Source: Octopus sinensis
Taxonomy: Eukaryota
Direction of reading: 5' to 3'
NCBI RefSeq assembly: GCF_006345805.1
Contig: NC_043020.1
Location: forward strand, 16,306,001 to 16,370,000
DNA length: 64,000 nt
A program made the position numbers and the translations under genes. Positions 23,165-36,400 of this stretch are shown here, one piece after another. Below the pieces are notes generated by a model. The model saw only the letters and a list, made by a program, of their open reading frames with translations. It was not told the origin of the DNA and searched no databases. Numbering within the stretch: the first letter of the stretch is position 1; the number at the start of each line of letters is the position of its first letter.

Positions 23165-23910
23165 GTCACTGTCATCCATCAAATGTGTAAAATGTGTTTC
23201 ATCAGGTGATCATTTTGAATAAAGCCTTCATTAGATCAGACTGTCATTTCACTCTATTGAAAGGGTCAGAAATTGAGGCCGATGAGATCATAGAAATTCT
23301 TTGATAACCATTTCTGACTGTTTCCAGGGTTTGGCACAGAGCCAAATACTACTGCCATATAATGGCCTTCTGGCAGCAACACTTTCCAGCCAGAGCCTGA
23401 CCACAGTCTCCAGCAGCTTCAGATGGCCATTTGAATTGAGCTTAAGGCCCTGTTCAAAGATGTTGGTGGGGTGGGGGTATGATGTCATCCTTACTGGAAA
23501 CACACCCAAAGACCATCATCACAGTTTGGGGAAACTTGGTTTCCATGAGGTTCATATCATGCCTTAAAGCTTTACAGTGAGTTTAAAACACTTTTTGTGT
23601 CCCTTCCTACAGGCCATAGCATCATAATCCCCACTGTAGGTGTCCATGTGATGTTTCACAGCCTTTACATTGTTCACAGAACCTTGTGCAGCAGTTCAAG
23701 TGTTCAGTATTTTGGCACCCAGTGCAAATCGTCATGACACAGGCAACTCTCTCATGATATTCGAATAGTTTCCAGTCCTCCATGTCAACTAACTTTTTCT
23801 CAATAACATCAATCCTTATGCTCTTCAATGCCATTGACTGTTCACCAATACATCAAGATGTTCCTCAAAAATGAAGACAACATATCATCAAACTTAACCT
23901 GAAAACCCTG
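23165..23910 (-). pseudogene. Degenerate Tc1/mariner-superfamily (maT-like) transposase
   Basis: TKFPQTVMMVFGCVSS..HPTNIFEQGLKLNSNGHLKLLETVVRLWLESVAARRP, WLSKNFYD; putative TIR CAGGGTTTTCAGG at 23910. Confidence 0.7.
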
Positions 23911-23944
23911 TGGACATACATACATACATACATACATACATACA

Positions 23945-23979
<35 letters not shown>

Positions 23980-24613
23980 GTATATATATATAATACATTA
24001 AAAGTCAGTTTGAATCTTGCTTGCTTGCTTGCTTGCAATGTTACCCAGCCAAACTGGCGCATAATGAGAAAATACTATGAATTAAGTATACCTTGAAATG
24101 TTAATAGAAACAGAATAAAACAAGTTTCACACAAATTGAACAAGTGGCTTTTAAGATAAAATGGTGCATAATGGGAAAAATATTCTGAAAATAATCTTAA
24201 TCCTGAAAGGGAAGAAACTCTTACTTTTAGATTAGACACAGTGACTTGACAATAAAAAAATATGATTTTTTTTTCTTGCAGTAGATGTCTGTACTTTCGC
24301 TTTTGTTAAACACAATATTTTAATCATTTAGAAATATTTTTAAGTGAATGTGATTTCAAAAATGTAAGTTGTTTGTACACTAAATATTTATATTCTAGCT
24401 TTCTTTAAACAGATAATATTTTAATGTTTTTTAAATTATTTTCACGTGAATACCATTAAAAAACTTTTTATTGACATATTTAAAAACTATTTTAAAGTGA
24501 CAATGACTTTAAAAATTTGGTAAATATTTTGTAAAAGACCTGTTTGTAACTTTGGTGTGAAATAGTTTTTTGCCATAGGCTTTATTCAAGTACATTCAAC
24601 ATATCTCACCACC

Positions 24614-24732
24614 AAAGATTTGGCTGCTATTTCTAGCACACCGTGCTACCACGTAACAGCTATTTGCGATAAAGGACCCAAAATACCTGTTATGTGGTAG
24701 CAGGGCGTGCAAGAAATAGCTGCCAAATCTTT
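24614..24732. other. Isolated imperfect hairpin, 46-bp arms and 27-nt loop
   Basis: AAAGATTTGGCTGCTATTTCTAGCACACCGTGCTACCACGTAACAG pairs with CTGTTATGTGGTAGCAGGGCGTGCAAGAAATAGCTGCCAAATCTTT. Confidence 0.85.
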
Positions 24733-24891
24733 CCTTTTCCGGAGAAAGGAGCCGTTTATGTATGATTTCAATGTCACATTCATTAAAGCATGCAAAGTAA
24801 CATGGAAAAAAACCCACGAAACAAAACTTCATTTCTGGGAAACTCAGAGTTTCCTAGGGACCAAACAGGTCATGAGTAGTTTAGTCTAGTA

Positions 24892-24928
<37 letters not shown>

Positions 24929-24932
<4 letters not shown>

Positions 24933-25205
24933 TCATCATCATCATCATCGTTTAGTGTCTGCTTTCCATGCTAGCATGGGTTGGACAGTTCAACTGGGAT
25001 CTGGGAAGCCAGGAGGCTGCACCAGGCCCAGTCTGATCTGGCAATGTTTCTACGGCTGGATGCCCTTCCTAACGCCAACCACTCTGTGAGTGTAGTGGGT
25101 GCTTTTTATGTGCCACTGGCACAGGTGCCAGACAAGGCTGGCAAACGGCCGCGATCGGATGGTGCTTTTTACATGCTACCGGCATGGGGGCCAGGCGAGG
25201 CTGAT
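24929..25205 (-). mobile_element. Family B fragment
   Basis: (CAT)n followed by the conserved family B sequence. Confidence 0.85.
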
Positions 25206-25217
25206 ATATAAGTATAC

Positions 25218-25425
25218 AGTTAATCCAAACATGAACAAAGAGAAAACACAAAATGCGAGGATGTGGAACAAGTATAGTGTTATTGGACACTCAGGAAAGG
25301 AAAGAAAGAAGGAGGATTTAACGTTTCGAGCGGAGCTCTTAGTCAGAAGCATACAAAAAGGAAAGGTCCAAGGAAGGGAAGATGGAGAAAAAAAATGGCA
25401 AATGATACACACGAGGTCACATATT
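25218..25425 (-). mobile_element. Family F element with hammerhead motif at 25317-25348
   Basis: TT-CTGACTA-A-GAGC(TCC)GCTC-GAAA-CGT-T-AAA (G8>T in this copy). Confidence 0.7.
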
Positions 25426-25914
25426 GAAATGACCGGAAGGGAATGGGGGAAGAAAAAGTTCTTTCAAAGACAGGAGAGTGCAAGAAAAGGAGGTATATGT
25501 GTGTATGTGTAGGTATGTGTGTATGTGTGTGTGTGTGTGTGTGTGTTGTGTGTGTGTGCGCGTGTGTGTGTGTGTGTGTGGTTGTGGCTGTTTATCTATG
25601 TAGGAGCCTGACTTGGTGGTTAGGGTATTCAGCTTACAATCGTAAGGTCATGAGTTCAATTCCTGGTGGAACGTTGTGTCCTTGAGCAAGACTCTTTATT
25701 TCACCTTGTTCCAGTCCACTGACCTGACAAAAATGAGTTGTACCTGTAATTCAAAGGGTCAGTTTTGTCACATTCCGTGTCACATTGAATCTCCCTGGTA
25801 CACATGTCTGAAGAGTGCTCAACCACTTGCATGGTAATTTCCAGCGCAGGCTGTTCCATTGATCAGATCAACTGGGACACTTGTCACCATAACCAACAGA
25901 GAGCCAGTATGCAT

Positions 25915-26113
25915 GTACATATGTATGTATTTATTTTATACATGTATGTATATATGTATGTATATGTATATGTGTGTATGTATTTATGTATGTATGTATG
26001 TATGCATGTATGTATGTATGTATGTGTGTGTGTGTATGTATGTATGTATGTATGTATGTATGGACGTACATATGTATGCATGTATGTATGTATGTATGTA
26101 TGTATGTATGTAC

Positions 26114-26144
<31 letters not shown>

Positions 26145-26260
26145 TTTATGTATGTATGTATGTAGGTATGTATGTATGTATGTATGTTGTATGTATGTAT
26201 GTATGTATGTATGGACGTACATATGTATGCATGTATGTATGTATGTATGTATGTATGTAC

Positions 26261-26291
<31 letters not shown>

Positions 26292-26400
26292 TTTATGTAT
26301 GTATGTATGTAGGTATGTATGTATGTATGTATGTATGTATGTATGTATGTATGTATGTATGTGTGTATGTATGTATGTATTTGTGTATGTATGTATGTAT
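25915..26400. repeat. (TATG)n microsatellite with repeated internal variant blocks
   Basis: Direct inspection; GGACGTACATATG variant block occurs twice. Confidence 0.97.
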
Positions 26401-26784
26401 CTGTGCAGATTTGAATGTTTTGTTTTATGTATGTATTCTCATGCACATAGTCATATGTCTAGACATGCTCATATATATTTAAATGATAAACTTCTGGGAA
26501 GTTTTACAGATTTTTACAGTTCCAGTGATGAAGTGATTCTGTAGTCTTCAAATTAACTTTCTCCTTTCTGGTTTTGAGAAGCCTAGTTTCTCAAGATTGG
26601 TATTTAGGCAGTGTGTTACATATCCCAGTGCCCCAATAATTACAGGTATAAACATGAACTTGTAATCTGGATAGGGTAACTGCACAAGACAGCAGGAACT
26701 AAACTCCCAAAAGAGCCATAATTTGAAAAATTACCAAAGTATATTTCTTCAGGTGCAAGTAACTTTCAGAAAGCATAATCTGTT

Positions 26785-27113
26785 ATCACCTTGATCACCT
26801 TGACCGACCAGTCCGTCAGGCGTCCATTTGACACCGCTGGTCACAGCACGCTGTCCACTCCTCTCTGAATCGCGCCTTTCTCATCCACGTGATCCCTATC
26901 GGCCTCCTGAAATCGTAACTGCACCGTCGTGGTGGTCTTCTGGGTGGTCTTTTCCGCTCGCGCGGGTACCACTCATCAACTGCGTGGGTCCACCGATTAT
27001 CGGTGAGCTGGGCGACATGTCCAGCCCATCTATACTTGCTGCGTATATACTCTGCGATGACATCTCTCACGCCGGACTTCTTTCTGATGATCTCGCTACT
27101 GATGTGCTCCCTC
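26785..27113 (-). mobile_element. RTE-group LINE 3' end
   Basis: IIRKKSGVRDVIAEYIRSKYRWAGHVAQLTDNRWT..EWYPRERKRPPRRPP..WMRKA; (CAAGGTGAT)n tail. Confidence 0.85.
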
Positions 27114-27921
27114 TTTTTTTTTTTTTTTTTTTTGCTTAAGGAATATTATAACAGATTATCACTCAACTCTCAACTGATAATCTGTTATAATACTTCTTAA
27201 CCCCTTACCCAACAATTATTTTGAAAATAAATGTATTTTTTCAGACATATTTTTTATTGTTTTATTTTACTATGTTTTGAATGGTGATTTCGAGGTATAT
27301 TTCAAACCTTATTTATTATTCATAAAATGTGCCTTCCAACCCTTCGACTGTCTCCAGGTGACTAAATCATACTCGGTCTTCAATGCCTTACTCAAGCGAA
27401 AGGTGGCAGAAATCGTCACTGCCAGACGTATAAAGTGAGCGAATATACTCGTATATGTCAAAAAAGAGTTTATAATAGACAAAGGAACTCGTTTGCTGTC
27501 GATTTTGGCAAGTCTATCTTTTGACGAGTTAACTCGCCAGAGATAGAAAAAAACGATTTCGGTCAAAACGCATATATTCGTTTCTGCTGGGTAAGGGGTT
27601 AAGCAAAAAAAAATTTTTAAATGAGAACAAATGTACCTAAAGTCTTATCATTAGTTTCAAATTTTAGACAAATACCAGCAGTTTTGGAGAAGGGGCTAAC
27701 TCAATTGGTACTTATTTAACTGATACTGAAAGGATGAAAAGCTAAGTCGACTCTGGAGGAATTTGAACTCAGGACAGAAAAGATGGATGAAATGTTGGTT
27801 AACATTTCAATTGGCATGCTAATGATTCTGATAACTTGCCGTCTTAGTCTTCTTGAATATATTAAATAAAAACTTTCTTTCCAGCCACAAATATTAATAC
27901 TACATTATCTTCAGCAATATA

Positions 27922-27964
<43 letters not shown>

Positions 27965-28137
27965 CACACACACACACACACACACACACAACACACACAC
28001 ACACACTTACAAACACACACTTACACACACACACACACACGCATACACACACACTTACAACACACACACACACACACACACACACACTTACACACACACA
28101 CACACACTTACACACACATACACACACACACTTACAA

Positions 28138-28170
<33 letters not shown>

Positions 28171-28276
28171 AAATCCAATGCATCTCTATAGGGACAGGAA
28201 ACATCCAATATGGTGTTAATGAATGACAAATAAAGTGTTATCTTTTCAGAATAATACTTTATTACATAAAGTATAC

Positions 28277-28574
28277 GTGGAGGCACATGGCCTAGTGGTT
28301 AGAGCAGCGGACTCGCGGTCGAGGGCGATGTGCGTGTTTATGAGTGAAACACCTAAGCTCCACACAGCTCCGGCAGAAGGTAATGGCAAACTTCTGCTGA
28401 CTCTTTCACCACAACTTTCTCTCGTTCTTTCCTCCTACATCTTGCAGCTCACCTGCGATGGACTGGCGTCCCATCCAGGTAGGGAACCTATACACCAAGG
28501 AAACCGGGAAACCGGGAAACCGGCCCTAATGAGCCAGGGATGGCTTGAGAAGGAACAAGCAACAACAACAACAG
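28277..28574 (+). mobile_element. SINE C head with an alternative body and (AAC)n tail
   Basis: 12-bp TSD CATAAAGTATAC (28265-28276, 28575-28586); body contains GCGATGGACTGGCGTCCCATCCAGG. Confidence 0.85.
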
Positions 28575-28682
28575 CATAAAGTATACATCAAGTACCAGTC
28601 ATATACTGTGGGTTTAAGCCTCAGTTGAAAGAAACCAGTATTCTGTCATACTCTTTAACTGCTGCTATAACTACTACTACTA

Positions 28683-28758
<76 letters not shown>

Positions 28759-29239
28759 CACCACCACCACCACCATGACCATCACCACTACCACCACCAC
28801 TACCACTGCCACCAGCATCATCACCACCACCACCACAACCCCTACTACTACTACTGTCTTCAGAGATAATTATTTATTGTCTTAAAACAAACAGAAAAAA
28901 ACTGACAACAACAACAACAACAACAACAACAACACTAGCAAGGACAATATCTATCTGTTGAAGACCAGATTTACAATGAGTTAAAATACAATATTAATAT
29001 CGATTGAGAATTTTTCTCTTGATTATGTTCCTCTTCACACCGGCCGATTGTCAGAATCTGGAATGTTATTGATGAAATTTCAAAATGTATTTTTGGAAAA
29101 CTTTCAATCTCCATAATCTGCTTTTAGCAACTGATTCCAATATTTGACAATTAACTTTGACATTTGGAAAGAAATTAAAAAAAAAAACAAAAGTGGAAAG
29201 GCTCTTATTTTTTGTTAATTTAATTTGATTTTATTTATG

Positions 29240-29288
<49 letters not shown>

Positions 29289-29571
29289 CATTATTGTAAA
29301 TGATAATAATTTTGTTTATAAGATGTTTGTGAAACAGGAAATCCCAAATTGAGTGACTAATTTAAGAGTGAACTTTTCAGAAAACGTTCAGCAATTGATG
29401 TAGTATGTTATTTGGTAAATTATTCAATGCTTCATCTAAAAACATACTCTCAGAAGCTGGTTTTTAGAACAACTGATGAAAGTATAGTTTTATGATGGCA
29501 GTGGAAATGATGCAATCAGAAAATATATCACTGAATCGAACTGTGAAACAGGGCTGAAGCAGCAGCAATAA

Positions 29572-29947
29572 GTGAAGGCGCAATGGCCCAATGGTTAGGG
29601 CAGAGGACTCGCGGTCGGAGGATCGCGGTTTCAATTCTCAGACCGGGCGTTGTGTGTTTATTGAGCGAAAACACCTAAAGCTCCACGAGGCTCCGGCAGG
29701 GGGTGGTGGCGACCCCTGTTGTACTCTTTTGCTCCAACTTTCTCTCACTCTTTCTACCTGTTTCTTGTCCCCGATTTCCTATGCAACCGCTGAGCCTGGA
29801 TGTGCATTCATCCATCCGTCGATGCTCTCGGTGTTGAGGGTTGACCTGCTTTCTCTTCTGCAGGTCTTACGAATAGCAGAGGACCACGTTTCGGACTTCT
29901 CCCATCTTGTGAGCTCTGGAACGAAGACTGCTTCGCTCAACAGCAAC
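29572..29947 (+). mobile_element. SINE C head with a third 3' module
   Basis: Family C head to about 29760, then unrelated sequence ending in AAC/AGC repeats. Confidence 0.7.
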
Positions 29948-30188
29948 AGCAGCAGCAGTAGTGAAAGGAGTATTAATGACTCCTTTCATTCACTTGTATC
30001 GTTTATAGGCACAGGAATTGTTGTGTGGTTAAGATGTTTGCTTTCCAACCACATGGTTTTGGGTTCAGTCACACTGCACAGCATGTTAAGCAATTGATAC
30101 TTGAGCAAGTGTCTTTTACAATAGCTCAAAGCCCAACTAAAAGCCTTGTGAGTGGATTTGGTACATAGAAACTGAAAGAGGATCATTG

Positions 30189-30225
<37 letters not shown>

Positions 30226-30382
30226 ATACATATACATACATATATATACACCTAGCTTATATATAAACATATATATATATATACACCTGCTTGTTGTGTA
30301 TTCACCTGCCTTTGTCTTTTGGTTTTCTGAAAATTTCAACTGTATATACATGTGTGTGTATATATATAATATATATATATAT

Positions 30383-30585
30383 AGTTAATCCAAACATGAA
30401 CAAAGAGAAAACACAACAACGTGAGGATGTGGAATAAGTACAGTATTATTGGACGCTCAGGAAAGGAAAGAAAGAAGAAGTATTTCATGTTTCGAGCGGA
30501 GCTCTTCGTCAGAAATATAGAGAAGGTCCAAACAAAGAAGGGAAGACAGAGAAAGAAAATCGCTAACGATACACATGCGGTCATA
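30383..30585 (-). mobile_element. Family F element with hammerhead motif at 30481-30517
   Basis: TATTT-CTGACGA-A-GAGC(TCC)GCTC-GAAA-CAT-G-AAATA; helix I 5 bp, cleavage triplet decayed. Confidence 0.75.
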
Positions 30586-30604
30586 TATATATATACATGT
30601 ATAC

Positions 30605-30663
<59 letters not shown>

Positions 30664-30688
30664 TATATATATACATATATATATATAC

Positions 30689-30776
<88 letters not shown>

Positions 30777-30777
<1 letters not shown>

Positions 30778-30996
30778 TCAAGGGGATGCAGAAAAATTTC
30801 TGGTTTTAAGGGTATTATGAAAGACCTGGATGGAAGCCAAACATTTTGAGTTCTTCACAGGACTTAGAAAAACTGAAGGACTGCTGCAACATGTATGTGA
30901 ATTTGAGAGGGGAATACTATGAATGAAATCATAATTAACTGATTCTCCTGTATTTTCTTTAACCCGAAGCCAGAAACTTTCCACCACTCCCTTGTA
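30777..30996 (+). mobile_element. Mariner-derived MITE
   Basis: Homologous to 4001-4220; TIR-like ends. Confidence 0.7.
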
Positions 30997-31014
30997 TATA
31001 TGTACACACACACA

Positions 31015-31077
<63 letters not shown>

Positions 31078-31284
31078 ACACACATACAAGTGTACATATA
31101 TATATGTATGTAAAATGAGTATTAACTGCATTTCAAAGGGCCAGCTTTGTTGCATTCTGTGTCATGCTGAATCTTATTGAGAACTATGTTTTGGGTATGG
31201 TGTATCTGTGGAATACTCACACAATAGGCATCTTTCAGTTTCCATCTTCAAAATCTACTCACAAATCTACTCTACAGCAAGACC

Positions 31285-31555
31285 CCTCTTTCTGTCCCTC
31301 TATCATAGTTAAAGCTCTCAACACTCGACACAAAGCCACCCACCTCAATATCACTCCCTATCTCGGTTGAGGGATTTTTGTTTTGCAAGTTACTTGGTGA
31401 CCTCACTGCTGCTGGTGCCATGTAGAAAGCACCCAGTACACTCTGAAAAGTGATTGTCATTAGGAAGAGCATCCAGCTGTAGAAACCATGCCAAGGCAGA
31501 GAATAGAACCTGGCACAGTCTTCTGGCTTGCCAGCTCCTGTCAAAGCATCTATTC
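31285..31555 (+). mobile_element. Extended family B fragment
   Basis: Inverted homolog of 32565-32845. Confidence 0.8.
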
Positions 31556-31821
31556 AGCCTGAGGTTATAGTAGAAGACTCTTGCTAAAGATGCCACACAG
31601 TGGGACCGAACAGACTTATGTGGTTGAGAGGCAAACACTTTACCACAAAACCACGCCTAGCTTATACATTCCAAGTATACTTAAAACAATATTCAAAGCA
31701 TTAGATTCGCAATTTTATGGGATAATAGCCATACAATTTGAAGTCATATTATCCTCCAGAATTTAGATGACTCTAGTTAGATACCCACTATTTTGCTGAC
31801 AGCTTGATGGTAAAATCTCAG

Positions 31822-32030
31822 CATGCTGGGCGAAATGCATAGCCGTATTTCGTCTGCCATTACGTTCTGAGTTCAAATTCCGTCGAGGTCGACTTTGCCT
31901 TTCATCCTTTCGGGGTAGATTAAATAAGTACCAGTTATGCACTGGGGTCGATGTAATCGGCTTAATCCGTGTGTCTGTCCTTGTTTGTCCCCTCTGTGTT
32001 TAGCCCCTTGTGGGTAGTAAAGAAATAGGT
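31822..32030 (+). mobile_element. SINE D
   Basis: Family D body and 3' end. Confidence 0.85.
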
Positions 32031-32034
32031 AAAA

Positions 32035-32190
32035 TCTGAGTCCTCCCAAACCAGCCATAATGCTCACAAGAGACTGTCTAATGTTAGCTGCAATACCAAA
32101 CATTTCCAAGCATTCCACTATCCATCTATCTGGCACCATGTCATAAGCCTTGTGATAATCGATCCAGGTCATGGCAAGGTCCATGTGCTT
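32035..32190 (-). pseudogene. RT fragment resembling R4/Dong/NeSL-type (RLE) non-LTR elements
   Basis: DLAMTWIDYHKAYDMVPDRWIVECLEMFGIAANIR (WIDYxKAYDxVP motif). Confidence 0.6.
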
Positions 32191-32514
32191 CCTTTAACAA
32201 TCTTTAAAGATCGCCTTATCAATCAACAATTGATTCTTAATTTATATCATTTATCTATTTAAAATGTTACCTTTAATATTAAGCATTTAAAAACAATTCT
32301 TTTCCTTTACTTGTTGCAGGGATTGGACTGAAGTTATGCTGAGGCACTAACCTGAAGGGCTTTAGTCAACTGAATCAACCCCAGGACTTATTTTCTTTTT
32401 TAAGACTGGTGCTGATTCTACCAGTCTCTTATGCTGACACATCAAGTCATGCAGTGTTGAGAGAGACAAACACAAACACAAAAACACACACACAGATATA
32501 TATATAGATACATC

Positions 32515-33140
32515 ATCAACACCATCATCGTCCTCATCATTTAATGTCTGTCTTCCATGATGGCATGGGTTGGATGCTTTGACAGGAGCTGGCAAGCCAG
32601 AAGACTGTGCCAAGCTCTATTCTCTGCCTTGGCATGGTTTCTACAGCTGGATGCTTCTCCTAACACTAACCACTTTACAGAGTGTACTGGGTGCTTGCTA
32701 TGTGGCACCAGCAACAGTGGGGTTACCAAGTAACTTGCAAAACAAAAATCCCTCAACTGAGACAGGGAGTGATATTGAGGCGGGTGGTGTGGTTTCAAGT
32801 GATGAGAGCTTTAACAATGATAGAGGGACAGAAACAGCTGTCTTACTGTAGAGGTGATACATGGTTATCCCAGTTGGAGGGAAAGAGAGGGAGAGAAAGA
32901 GATGGCATACCTTCAAGGTACAATGACATGAATGTAAATGGGGTGTACAAGGTGAGTGAGAAGAGGGCTCACGCAAGTGAAAAGGTAGGGAGAGGAAGAA
33001 AAGGGGAAATACAGTGAGTGGTGAAATACAGGTATATTGAGGAGTGGCAGGATAGCAATGTGTTGGCATGGGGAGGAGATGAGAGAGAGATGATACAGTG
33101 ATGTTGGGCTTCCTGGGTCTCCCTCTTCCACAGGTGCCAT
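32515..33140 (-). mobile_element. Extended family B element with pyrimidine-rich upstream region
   Basis: Family B tail at 32515-32700 plus about 440 bp upstream, partly shared with 31285-31555. Confidence 0.75.
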
Positions 33141-33161
33141 CTACTTTGAAATGATCAACAC

Positions 33162-33218
<57 letters not shown>

Positions 33219-34329
33219 TATGCAATGGACTTCTTTTGATTTCCATCTACCAAATTCATTCACAAGTCATTGGTTGGCTTGGAGCTATAGTAGAAGATGT
33301 ATGCTCAAGTTGAACCTGGAATCATGTGGTTGGGAAGCCAACTCCTTGCAACACAGCCATGCCTGTGTTTATATTCATTTCAAATACGAAGAGTCTTTGA
33401 AAAGACTAGAACTTATTTACATCACTCCTAAATACATTTCCTGGTTGCTTTTTAATTGGGTAAATTATTGAATTTTAGTTGGTCTTCTTCATTAAAGGCT
33501 CAAATTGTCCTTTGAACATTGTTTAGCTAAAGACATTTATTAAAAAATTTTTTTTTAATATATTCTGCAAACTCAGAATATACATCTTTGTCATAAATAT
33601 ATTGTCATCATCGTCGTTGTTGTCATCATCATCATTGTCATCATTATCAACATTGTTGTTGTCTACATCCTCCTCCACATCATCATCATCATCGTCATAG
33701 TCATCATCCCCATCATCATCATCTTCATTATTATCATCATCGTTATCATCATCAACATCATCTTCATTATCATCACTATTTACTTTAATACTATACACTG
33801 TACAATATCTTATTTCTTTACTACCCACAAGGGGCTAAATATAGAGGAGACAGAAAAGACAGACAAAGGTATTAAGTCGATTACATCGACCCAAGTGCGT
33901 AACTGGTACTTCATTTATCGACCCCGAAAGGATGAAAGGCAAAGTCGACCTCGGCGGACTTCATCAACAACATCCCTAATCACGTTTTGTTTTCATTACA
34001 ATGTGCCTTTCTTGCTAAATTGAAGGTGACTTGACTGCTATTTCCAGCAGATTGAGTGACTGCATAAAACCTTTCATATTTGTGAACACATGGTGTGTAC
34101 GTTAATAGTTAGGAAATTTCTAAGCATATAGAATTTCACCTTTAATATTACTGTAACCACTTCATCAATTTTTATACTCCGAGTTCAAATGATGCTGGGG
34201 TCAACTTAGCCTTTCATAATTTCTAGGTTAATAAAATAAGTACCAGCTGAGCACTAGGGTAGATTTAACTGACTTACCTACTTTCCCTGAAATTGCTGGC
34301 CTTGTGCCAAAATTTAAAACCAATATTAC

Positions 34330-34469
34330 TGTACATTATTTACATTATTTACAATTGACGGATATTTGTCCTCATCTTGTTTGTTATTAACAATGTTTTG
34401 GCTGATATACCCTCCAAGCCTTCATCAGGTGTCTTGGGGAAATTTCGAACCTGGGTTCTCATTCCTAAG
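34330..34469 (-). mobile_element. Hammerhead-bearing unit, decayed (motif 34388-34433)
   Basis: GACAC-CTGATGA-A-GGCT..CAGCC-AAAACATT (G12A); inverted copy of 34697-34837. Confidence 0.75.
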
Positions 34470-34470
34470 C

Positions 34471-34539
34471 ATATGGCGTAGTGGTTAAGAGCGCGGGCTA
34501 CTAACCCCAAGATTCCGAGTTCAATTCCAGGCAGTGACT

Positions 34540-34540
<1 letters not shown>
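34471..34540 (+). promoter_or_regulatory. tRNA-like head with Pol III A and B boxes
   Basis: A box TGGCGTAGTGG (34474-34484), B box GAGTTCAATTC (34517-34527), followed by (AAT)n; no complete cloverleaf acceptor stem seen. Confidence 0.65.
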
Positions 34541-34586
<46 letters not shown>

Positions 34587-34732
34587 GGTATACTGGGCTT
34601 CGTATATTTTATCCCAGTGTCACTTTGATGGCATGCACTGCTCTCTCACTCAATAATAATAATAATAATAACAACAACAACAACATTGAAATATATCTTA
34701 GGAATGAGTACCCAGGTTTGAAATTTTCCCAA

Positions 34733-34778
34733 GACACCTGATGAAGGCTGGAGGGTATATCAGCCGAAATGTTGTGTT
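34733..34778 (+). ncRNA. Minimal type I hammerhead motif
   Basis: GACAC-CTGATGA-A-GGCTG(10 nt)CAGCC-GAAA-TGT-T-GTGTT; helix III ATGT, inferred from palindromic ACGT. Confidence 0.75.
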
Positions 34779-35669
34779 AACAACAAACAAGATGAGGACA
34801 AATATCCATCAATTATAAATAATGTAAATAATGTACATAATTCCTCATCTCATAAATATAGAACTGCAATATTACTTTAACAACTATTAATATCCTTTAG
34901 TTTTTACTTGTTTCAATCATTGGACTGTGATCACACTGGAGCACATCATTAAAGGGTTTTAGTTGAAAGAATCAACCTCAGTACTTATTTCTAAAGCCTG
35001 ATACTTATTCCATCAATTTCTTCTAATGAACTATAAAATTATGGAGATGAAGCAAAAAAAAAAAAAAACACTGGTTGTCAAGCAATGGAAGACAAGCACA
35101 AATACAAAGACACACATAAATACACACACACAAATATATAGTAAAACAGATGAATGGGTTAAGTGGTATTGCTACAATTGCTTTAACCCTTTAGTATTTA
35201 AACCGACCATATCCAGCCAAAATAGTTAATCTGTTTTATGTTCAAACTGACCAGATCCAGGCCCTCACACCTACCCTACAATGTTATTCTACATTAAGTA
35301 ATTACACCATCAAGATCTTGAAGATATGAGATAATGCATGATTAATTCAAATCAATGGGAATCAATAAGCATTATGTTTGATAGAATAATCTGAACACTA
35401 AAGGGTTAAGAGTCTTTATTGTGATGTAGACCTAGTACAATTAAGTATGCAGTATGCACAACATCCATAAAATTATGTAATATGTTATGCAACTCTCAAC
35501 TCATCAGGCTACCACATAAACTAGTGAGAAGTAACATATTAATTAATCAACAGATGATCAAGTGAAATTTCTAATCATGTTTACCAACATCTAGGAAATG
35601 TAAATTGCTAGATACATATCTATATCCCTGTATTATAGACTTTATCACTAGTAATAAGATTTATGAATA

Positions 35670-36400
35670 ATTTTTAAATAGCATAGTGTTTCCCTATACT
35701 ATCATGCTTATAACTGATCATATTTAAGCTATCATTGCCCAGCCTTAGTTCTAATAACTGATACAGATGTCTGTAAGTCCATTTGATCGATATTTTACAT
35801 AATTTAATAACATTCAATTTGTTTCTAGCTTTAGGCGATATCTTAATAATATTTGCATCCTCCTCCTTAGTCACTGACTTTAAAATTCTTTATAATTCAT
35901 TTTAATTCTATAAATTTAGTTAGCATTAATTAGTATGTATGGCCTTTATAATTCTTTATGATTCTTATCAACTCTTTTTCTTGTTGCTCCTAATAGTTTT
36001 AAATAATTATAGTAATGTATTAGCTGTCTACTGAACATGTATGAATTTTATTGATTTGCTTTATTCTAAATGATATTGTGACAATATTGGCTAGCAGAAA
36101 CGTTTGGCCTGCAGTTTTTATGCTGTTTTCATGAATATTGGTTCTGTGTTTCTTTCTCTATTATTTCTGACCTTCAACTGATAAATTCTTTGCTGTTAAA
36201 TCACTGATATCTGCACATTTTTATATTTAACTAAAATAATTTTGTAAATTTGCAAACTTATAAGTTTATACCTTTAGGTTAGCACCAATTATTGCCTATA
36301 ATACTTTCATTAGTCTAGGATGCATAATCATTCATTTATGCCAATACCGCTTTCCAGTCAATGTGTTGGCCACTTACTCTTTTTAATCTATCTTATTCTC
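35670..36400 (-). pseudogene. Possible highly degenerate Penelope-like remnant
   Basis: Weak motifs only: HPRLMKVLYRQ, KLNVIKLCK...DSIGKHY; many stops. Confidence 0.25.

Noticed and set aside
34471-34540. Possible tRNA gene (also SINE A and C heads)
   Set aside because: No complete acceptor stem; embedded in repeat bodies, so treated as SINE-type heads.
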